This document shows, in pieces, positions 57,933-64,000 of a DNA stretch of 64,000 bases. A program made the translations under genes and the position numbers. Position 1 is the first letter of the stretch, and every line of letters begins with the position of its first letter. The notes under the pieces are model-generated. The model did not search any database. It saw only the letters and a program-made list of their open reading frames with translations, and was not told where the DNA came from. Source of the DNA: Actinomycetota bacterium (GTDB taxonomy: Bacteria; Actinomycetota; Actinomycetes; Mycobacteriales; Micromonosporaceae); contig JBKPDY010000124.1 in NCBI GenBank assembly GCA_046728155.1, positions 236 through 64,235 of the forward strand. Direction: 5' to 3'.

Positions 57933-58421
57933 ATGCCTTCTGACTACGCCAAGTCCCTCGGCGCGCGTCTGCGCTCCATCCGACAGCAGCAGGGGCTCTC
58001 CCTGCAGGGCGTCGAAGAGAAGTCGTCCGGGCGGTGGAAGGCCGTCGTGGTCGGCTCCTACGAGCGCGGTGATCGCGCGGTGACCGTCTCCCGCCTCGCC
58101 GAACTGGCCGACTTCTACCGGGTACCGGTGGCCGAGCTGCTGCCCGAGGGTGGGTCGGCCCGCGGCGAGCCCGGCAACAAGATCGTCCTCGATCTGGAGA
58201 AGCTCTACGACCACTCCAACGATGAGCTCGCCTACGTCGCCAAGTACGCCCGGGCGATCCAGCAGGCCCGCGGCGACTACAACGGGCGGGTCCTCTCGAT
58301 CCGGGCCGACGACCTTCGCGCACTCGCGATCGTGTATGACGACTCGCCGACCGGCCTCGTCGACCGCCTGACCGAACAGGGCGTGCTCGTCGACGACCCG
58401 CGCGCGTTCTTCAACGGCTGA
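57933..58421 (+). CDS. bldD: developmental master regulator BldD (XRE HTH + c-di-GMP-binding C-terminal domain)
   Basis: Near-identical N-terminus to Streptomyces BldD (GVEEKSSGRWKAVVVGSYERGDRAVTV). Bipartite c-di-GMP motif RGD-X8-RADD at 58269-58313. Confidence 0.92.
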   Translation: MPSDYAKSLGARLRSIRQQQGLSLQGVEEKSSGRWKAVVVGSYERGDRAVTVSRLAELADFYRVPVAELLPEGGSARGEPGNKIVLDLEKLYDHSNDELAYVAKYARAIQQARGDYNGRVLSIRADDLRALAIVYDDSPTGLVDRLTEQGVLVDDPRAFFNG

Positions 58422-58900
58422 CCGCCAGCGTCGGGTACGGCTTCGACGCTTGGATGCACTCAGGCCTCCAGCAAGCCGCGCGTCCACCCGCGCATCCACA
58501 AACACGTCGGGACCAGTGCGGGGCGCCTCTGCGGGATGAACAGGTGCAAGCCGTACGCCGCCTATGCGCGTGGTGTGAGCACTCTGGTGCGCTGGGTCGC
58601 AGAGCAGTCAACCAGCGCACCGACGACCCGAACCACCCCCACCACCCCACCTGTCACAAGCCCAGGTCCTACGTGAGACCTACGACCGCGTCCGGGCCGC
58701 ACTCGCCCAGCTCCGAGCAGCCGAGTCATCGTCTCCGCCGCCCCGCAGCTCCCCAGTCAACACACCGAACCGAAACCTATCCCGCCGAGTGACCTCGAAC
58801 CGGCGACCCGGACCAGGTACCACCCAAGACAACATCCTTGACTGCACCCCCCACCAAGTACGTCATCGTTGCTCCCAACGGCTTCGGTTGCCTCCGTCCG

Positions 58901-59329
58901 TCAGGGCGAGGCGTACTCGGCGATCCGGCTCAACAGTCCGTTGACGAATCGCGGCGAGTCGTCGGTCGAGAGCTCCCCGGCCAGCTCGACCGCCTCGGAG
59001 ATGGCCACCGGATCGTCGACGTCGTCGCGGTAGAGCAGCTCGAAGACCGCGATCCGGAGTAGGTTGCGGTCGACCACCGGCATCCGGTCCAGCGTCCATC
59101 CCTCGGCGTACGTCGAGATCAGCTCGTCGATGCGGTCCGCGTGGTCGATCACGCCCTCGATGATGAGCACGGCGTATCCCATGTGCTCGGGTCGTCCCCG
59201 CCCCATCCGGTCGAGCGTGTCGGAGAGCACCGTCCGGGCCGGTAGGTCGCGAAGGTCGGCGGAGTAGAGCACGTCCAGCGCACGCCGGCGGGATTTTCGC
59301 CGCGACGGGTTCTGCTGCGGCTGGATCAT
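58901..59329 (-). CDS. nusB: transcription antitermination factor NusB
   Basis: 142 aa, directly downstream of efp. Typical NusB helices (RRKSRRRALDVLY...). Confidence 0.9.
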   Translation of the reverse strand: MIQPQQNPSRRKSRRRALDVLYSADLRDLPARTVLSDTLDRMGRGRPEHMGYAVLIIEGVIDHADRIDELISTYAEGWTLDRMPVVDRNLLRIAVFELLYRDDVDDPVAISEAVELAGELSTDDSPRFVNGLLSRIAEYASP

Positions 59330-59334
59330 CGGGG

Positions 59335-59892
59335 TCAGGCACGCCCGAGGTAGCGGCCGTCCCGAGTGTCGACCTTGATCCTCTCACCGGTCGTGACGAA
59401 GAGCGGCACCATGACCGTGGCGCCTGTCTCGACCGTCGCAGGCTTGTTGCCGCCGGTGGAGCGGTCGCCCTGCAGACCCGGCTCGGTGTAGGTGATCTGT
59501 AGCACGACGCTGGCCGGCAGCTCGACGTAGAGAGGCACGCCATTGTGCACGGCGACCGTCACCTCGGCCTCGGGCAGTAGGTAGTTCGTCGCGCCACCGA
59601 CCGTCGAAGCTGGCACCGGTATCTGCTCGTACGACGACAGGTCCATGAAGATGAAGTCGTCGCCGTCGGCATACAGGTACTGCATCGTGCGCTTGTCGAC
59701 CGTCGCCGTGTCGACCTTCGTACCGGCGTTGAAGGTACGGTCGACAACCTTGCCGGACAGGACGTTCTTCAGCGTCGTACGGACGAAGGCGCCGCCCTTG
59801 CCCGGCTTGACGTGCTGGAACTCTACGACGGACCACAGGTCGCCATCGAGATTGAGCACCAGGCCGGGCTTGAGGTCGTTGGTGGTGGCCAT
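59335..59892 (-). CDS. efp: elongation factor P
   Basis: From ORF 59335..59961. The internal ATG gives [13 protein letters not shown]...[13 protein letters not shown]. Confidence 0.94.
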   Translation of the reverse strand: MATTNDLKPGLVLNLDGDLWSVVEFQHVKPGKGGAFVRTTLKNVLSGKVVDRTFNAGTKVDTATVDKRTMQYLYADGDDFIFMDLSSYEQIPVPASTVGGATNYLLPEAEVTVAVHNGVPLYVELPASVVLQITYTEPGLQGDRSTGGNKPATVETGATVMVPLFVTTGERIKVDTRDGRYLGRA

Positions 59893-59996
59893 GGGCGCGG
59901 GACGTCGCCTTTCGGATCGGGGTTGAGGACGGCAAAACGCCAGAAAGTCTACCCGTGGCATTGACGACGTGGCTCGGCGGTCCGATAGTTAACCAC

Positions 59997-60323
59997 ATGG
60001 TTAATAGTCAGGCTCACCCGCTGGACCGGACGTTCGCGGCTCTAGCCGACCCCACCCGGCGCGACGTCGTCGCCTCGCTCGCCACCGGCCGCCGTACGGT
60101 CGGTGAACTCGCCGCCCCGCAGCCGATGTCGCTGGTCGCCGTCACCAAGCATCTGACCGTGCTCGAGCGGGCCGGCCTCGTCGAACGGGTCCGGCACGGC
60201 CGTACGGTCGTCTGCAGCCTGCGCGGTCGTCCCCTGGCCGAGGCCTCACGGTGGCTCGATCGCTACTACGCCTTCTGGACCGACCGCCTGGACGCTCTCG
60301 AGTCATACCTGGGTCAGCCGTGA
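59997..60323 (+). CDS. ArsR/SmtB-family transcriptional regulator
   Basis: From ORF 59955..60323. FAALADPTRRDVVASL and the HTH VGELAAPQPMSLVAVTKHLTVLERAGLV. Start uncertain (59955 or 59997). Confidence 0.85.
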   Translation: MVNSQAHPLDRTFAALADPTRRDVVASLATGRRTVGELAAPQPMSLVAVTKHLTVLERAGLVERVRHGRTVVCSLRGRPLAEASRWLDRYYAFWTDRLDALESYLGQP

Positions 60324-60490
60324 CCGCCGAGCCGACAGCGAGTGAGCATCGCAGGGCCGTCAGGCCCGAGCCGGGGCCCCCGCGGAGACGTGGAGCGCAG
60401 CGGAGCAGCTTCGGCGAGCTTGCGAGCCGACCAACGAAGCATTGCGCGGGGTGGCAGCAGCGGAGCGAGCGCGGAGGCGAGCAGTCGTGA
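60320..60490 (+). repeat. intercistronic repeat family, copy B (one divergent internal module), containing a 56-codon ORF coupled to both neighbours
   Basis: The ORF's GTG overlaps the ArsR TGA (GTGA), and its TGA overlaps the ATG of the SRPBCC gene (TGATG). Left and right termini are the same as in copy A. Confidence 0.8.
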
Positions 60491-60936
60491 TGCACCTACG
60501 ACTCGAGCGGACGCTGGCCGCGCCGCCCGTGCGGGTGTGGCACGCGCTGACTGACGCCGACGAATTGACCCGCTGGTTCTGGCCGGCATCGTACGGGACC
60601 CTGGTGGAGGTGGATCTTCGTCCCGGTGGCTCATTGCGGATCGACGCGCCCGGACTGATGGGGGTTCAGGGCGAGTACGTGGACATCGACCCACCCCGGC
60701 TGCTCGCCTTCACGTGGCAGTGGAACGGCGAAGCGGAGCGGACGGCCGTACGGGTAGAACTGTCCCCCGTGGACGGTGGGACCCGCCTCGTCCTTGTGCA
60801 CGAAGGATTCGCCGACCCGGCGACCCGCGAGAGCCACACGACCGGGTGGTCGGACTGCCTTGACCGGTTGCCCGCTCACCTCGCCGGCGACGACCGGGAC
60901 CGTGCACTCTTCGATGCACGTGCACGCGACGGCTGA
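60490..60936 (+). CDS. SRPBCC (AHSA1/START-like) domain protein
   Basis: From ORF 60442..60936. MHLRLERTLAAPPVRVWHALTDADELTRWF is typical of Aha1-like SRPBCC proteins that pair with ArsR regulators. Confidence 0.75.
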   Translation: MHLRLERTLAAPPVRVWHALTDADELTRWFWPASYGTLVEVDLRPGGSLRIDAPGLMGVQGEYVDIDPPRLLAFTWQWNGEAERTAVRVELSPVDGGTRLVLVHEGFADPATRESHTTGWSDCLDRLPAHLAGDDRDRALFDARARDG

Positions 60937-61002
60937 CCAGCTGGGCAGAGTTGACCTCCCGCGGGATGCCTGTCCGGGTGCGGCTCGGCTAGCCTGATCA
61001 TC

Positions 61003-61905
61003 GTGGCATCCGACGGGACCGAGGCCGCCGCGCGGCAGGCGCAGGCCGGCTCGTACCTGAGGCTGTTGCTCGTCCGGCCGGGCGAGCTGCGCGCGGCCTG
61101 GGAGAAACACGCCGAGCACGCGCAGCCCGGCGAGACCGATGCCGTCGCGATCGCCGCCGTTCTCAACGCCGGATCCGCCTGGCCGCCGGTACCGGTGGCC
61201 GAGGTGCGCTCGGCTATCGACGGCGGTGCTCTGACGCCGCAGATGTTGGAGCGGTTCATCGAGGCGTTCGACCTCGGACCACGCCACGCCGACCAGCTGC
61301 GCGGGCTGTTGCGAGGCAGCGACTCCGTCCGGGTCATCAGCGGCTCGGCGCTCTCGGACCTGCGCCCGATCGGACCATCGCGGTACGAGACGCTCGCCAT
61401 CCACGAGTTGCACACTCTCGGCGCCGACGGGCTTCCGGCCGAGCACCAGACCATCCAGGTCATCAAGTCCACTGTGGACTCGCTCGACACCTACCCGTAC
61501 CGGTTCGACACCGACCAGCTCGTGGTGGAAGTGGTCCGGGGCGGCCGCGTCGGAGATGTCTACCGCGTCAATGAAGGGCTGTTCGGGGTCGACATCGTGC
61601 TCGACCGGCCGCTCGCGCAGGGCGAGACGGCTCTGATGCATTACCGGCTCACCTTCGCCTACCGCACACCACCGCCGGCCGAGTTCCGCCGCGGGGTCAT
61701 CGGCACCATGCACGACGTGACCCTCTGGGTCCAGTTCCACCCCGACAAGGTGCCGGCCCGGGTGTGGCAGGCGCGATGGGACCGGCTGGACGACGCGACC
61801 ATCCTCGAGCAACAGCTGGTCGAACTGGACGGCGAGTTCTCGGCGCAGGCCCGCTACGACCACGTGGAAGATTCAATCATCGGCTTCCACTGGGCGTGGG
61901 ACTGA
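61003..61905 (+). CDS. hypothetical protein (300 aa), no recognised family
   Basis: GTG start. Strong GC3 bias in this frame compared with the overlapping antisense ORF. No motif recognised. Confidence 0.6.
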   Translation: MASDGTEAAARQAQAGSYLRLLLVRPGELRAAWEKHAEHAQPGETDAVAIAAVLNAGSAWPPVPVAEVRSAIDGGALTPQMLERFIEAFDLGPRHADQLRGLLRGSDSVRVISGSALSDLRPIGPSRYETLAIHELHTLGADGLPAEHQTIQVIKSTVDSLDTYPYRFDTDQLVVEVVRGGRVGDVYRVNEGLFGVDIVLDRPLAQGETALMHYRLTFAYRTPPPAEFRRGVIGTMHDVTLWVQFHPDKVPARVWQARWDRLDDATILEQQLVELDGEFSAQARYDHVEDSIIGFHWAWD

Positions 61906-63327
61906 TTACTCCGCGTGCGATCCGGCGTGTGATGGTACGGCCGGCGCGTCGCCCCCGACCCACACCGTCTTCAGGTTGCAGAACTCCCGGATCCCATGCG
62001 CCGACAGCTCTCGCCCATATCCGGAGTTGCGAACGCCGCCGAACGGGAGGTCGGGGAACGAGGTCACCATCCCGTTGATGAAGACGGCGCCGGCGTCGAG
62101 ATCCTCGGTGAACCGATGTTGCTCCTCAGCGTCGTTGGTCCAGGCGTTGGAGCCGAGCCCGAACGCGGTCGCGTTGGCCAGCTCGATCGCCTCGTCGTAC
62201 GAGGACACCCTGTAGAGCCCTGCCACTGGCCCGAAGACCTCTTCCCGGTACACCCGCATCTCGGGTGTGATACCGGCGATGACCGTTGGCGGGTAGTACC
62301 AGCCCGGCCCGCCGGGGACGCTCCCTCCACACAGGACGCTCGCGCCTCGGACGACCGCGTCGCGCACCTGCCCGTCGATGTCAACGCGCCCCTGTTCGAG
62401 GGCGAGCGGGCCGACGCCGGTCGACTCGTTCATCGGGTCGCCGACGAGGAGGGCCGCCATATTGGCCGTGAACGCCGCCGCGAACTCGTCGTAGACATCG
62501 GCGTGCACGATGAACCGTTTCGCCGCGATGCAGGACTGTCCGTTGTTCTGGCACCGGGCGGTGGTCGCCACCTGGGCGGCCTGGGCGATGTCGGCCGAGG
62601 GCATGACCACGAACGGGTCGGAGCCACCCAGCTCGAGCACCGTCTTCTTCAGCTCCCGCCCGGCGATCGCCGCCACGGCCCGGCCGGCGCCCTCGCTGCC
62701 GGTCAGCGTCGCCGCCCGTACCCGGGCGTCGGTGAGCACCCGTTCGACCTGGTCCGAACCGATCAGCAGAGTCTGGAACGCGCCGTCCGGGAAGCCGGCC
62801 CGGGCGAACAGATCGCCCAGGTACAGCGCGGTCTGGGGAACGTTGGACGCGTGCTTCAGCAGACCGGTGTTGCCGGCCATCAGCGCCGGAGCGGCGAACC
62901 GCATAGCCTGCCACATGGGGAAGTTCCAGGGCATCACGGCCAGCACAGTCCCCAATGGACGGTAGATCGCGTACGCTCGCCTTGCTTTCACCGTTGCCGG
63001 GTCCGCGGCCGTGTCGTCGGCGAGGAAGGACTCGGCATGGGCGGCGAAGAAGCGGCAGGCGTACGCGCACTTGCTGACCTCGGCCCGGGCGGAGGCCAGC
63101 GTCTTGCCCATCTCGGTAGTCATGATCGCCGCAACCGCGTCTCGCTCGGCGTCCAGCAGGTCGGCGGCGACGTTCATCCAGGTGGCCCGCTGCGTGAAGC
63201 TGGTGCGGCGCAGGCTCTCGAAGTCACGCGCGGCGCGCCCGATGCGCTGGTCGATCTCCGCCTCGGTCATCGGGTCGAAGCGCTTGACGACCTGTCCGGT
63301 CGCCGGGTTCGTGGTCGTGATCGCCAT
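61906..63327 (-). CDS. NAD(P)-dependent aldehyde dehydrogenase (succinate-semialdehyde dehydrogenase-like)
   Basis: From ORF 61906..63384. Catalytic Glu LELGGSDPF and catalytic Cys NNGQSCIAAKR. The internal ATG gives MAITTTNPATGQ. Confidence 0.88.
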   Translation of the reverse strand: MAITTTNPATGQVVKRFDPMTEAEIDQRIGRAARDFESLRRTSFTQRATWMNVAADLLDAERDAVAAIMTTEMGKTLASARAEVSKCAYACRFFAAHAESFLADDTAADPATVKARRAYAIYRPLGTVLAVMPWNFPMWQAMRFAAPALMAGNTGLLKHASNVPQTALYLGDLFARAGFPDGAFQTLLIGSDQVERVLTDARVRAATLTGSEGAGRAVAAIAGRELKKTVLELGGSDPFVVMPSADIAQAAQVATTARCQNNGQSCIAAKRFIVHADVYDEFAAAFTANMAALLVGDPMNESTGVGPLALEQGRVDIDGQVRDAVVRGASVLCGGSVPGGPGWYYPPTVIAGITPEMRVYREEVFGPVAGLYRVSSYDEAIELANATAFGLGSNAWTNDAEEQHRFTEDLDAGAVFINGMVTSFPDLPFGGVRNSGYGRELSAHGIREFCNLKTVWVGGDAPAVPSHAGSHAE

Positions 63328-63407
63328 GTCGCGCCTCTTCTCTGGGCAGGCTCCTTGAGCCGAACCTACCGCGACCGGCCACAACGGTTCACGGCTACCG
63401 TCGGGGC

Positions 63408-63953
63408 GTGGCCGACCAGCTCGTGGAGATCGTTGAGTACGACCCCGCGTGGGTGGCCCGATTCGAGCAGGAGCGGGAGCGGGTGACCGCGGTGCTCTCC
63501 CCGTGGCTCGCCGGCGAGGTCGAACACATCGGCTCCACGGCTGTCCCGGCGCTCGCGGCGAAGCCGGTCGTCGACATGCTGGCGCCGGTCCGAAGCCTGG
63601 CGCGGGCGCGCGAGGCGGTCGACCCGTTGATCGACGACGGCTGGGTGTACTGGTCGGAGGATCCGTGCGCAGGTTACCGGCTCTGGTTCCTGCGGCCCAG
63701 GCCGGAGGCTCGGACCCATCACCTGCACGTGATCGAGGCCGACGATATCCACACCCGGGCCCTGCTCGCCTTCCGCGACACCCTGCGGGCCGATGCGCGG
63801 CTGCGCCAGGCGTACGGGGACCTCAAACGCAGGCTGGCGATCCGTTATCCCGACAATCGCAACGCGTACACGAACGCTAAGGCCGACTTCGTCAGCGATG
63901 TCCTCCGTCGCAGCGGGGTGGCGGTGCCCGAGCGAGATCCGCTGCCCGAGTAG
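63408..63953 (+). CDS. GrpB-family (UPF0157) protein
   Basis: VEHIGSTAVPALAAKPVVDML and HHLHV motifs. 181 aa. Confidence 0.85.
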   Translation: MADQLVEIVEYDPAWVARFEQERERVTAVLSPWLAGEVEHIGSTAVPALAAKPVVDMLAPVRSLARAREAVDPLIDDGWVYWSEDPCAGYRLWFLRPRPEARTHHLHVIEADDIHTRALLAFRDTLRADARLRQAYGDLKRRLAIRYPDNRNAYTNAKADFVSDVLRRSGVAVPERDPLPE

Positions 63954-64000
63954 GACGCGGACACCATACGCGTAGATGTGCTCATCGCGAACAAGCCCGC

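Overview
This is a high-GC (about 70%) actinomycete chromosomal core segment. It is almost fully coding, and most genes are on the minus strand. Gene content in window order:
- tyrS
- an ABC ATPase with a membrane partner, then an MMPL transporter
- an alpha/beta hydrolase
- the arginine operon, read on the minus strand as argC-J-B-D-F-R-G-H, followed by mpg
- a YfhO-like GT-C membrane glycosyltransferase convergent with a nucleotide-sugar dehydrogenase / GT2 / epimerase operon
- pheS-pheT, a SpoU/TrmH methyltransferase, and infC-rpmI-rplT
- hisE-hisG plus a PH-domain membrane protein; mscL
- an ECF sigma factor plus a GerMN/Ig-like membrane protein
- an FMN riboswitch followed by ribD-ribE-ribBA-ribH
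- rpe plus a REC-GGDEF regulator; a MazG-like NTP pyrophosphatase
- def-fmt-rsmB; priA, metK, coaBC, rpoZ, gmk, mihF
- pyrR-pyrB-pyrC-carA-carB-pyrD-pyrF
- bldD; efp-nusB
- an ArsR/SRPBCC pair, a hypothetical protein, an aldehyde dehydrogenase and GrpB

From memory, the order pyrR...pyrF-mihF-gmk-rpoZ-coaBC-metK-priA and bldD-nusB-efp matches the Streptomyces-type core. I recognised no rRNA, tRNA, CRISPR array, transposase or prophage gene.

The most unusual signal is a repeat family present three times (32049-32237, 60320-60490, 16191-16275). It sits exactly on stop/start junctions of co-directional genes. In the two full-length copies it is flanked by roughly 9-bp duplications of an RTGA stop-start overlap. 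Those two copies carry a small ORF translationally coupled to both neighbours; the shortened third copy reads into the downstream CDS instead. The right end supplies a GGAGG Shine-Dalgarno. The number of internal stem-loop modules varies (2, 1, 0), and the stem pairs fully only in the sense RNA. This is a MIRU-like intercistronic element.

Secondary points:
- a YfhO / GT2 / sugar-nucleotide module
- a non-AUG infC start behind a terminator-like leader hairpin
- an atypical 3' tail on pyrD
- PriA with degenerate Walker motifs
- a REC-GGDDF protein together with BldD carrying its c-di-GMP motif

Coordinates of non-ORF features are hand-counted and may be off by 1-2 nt.
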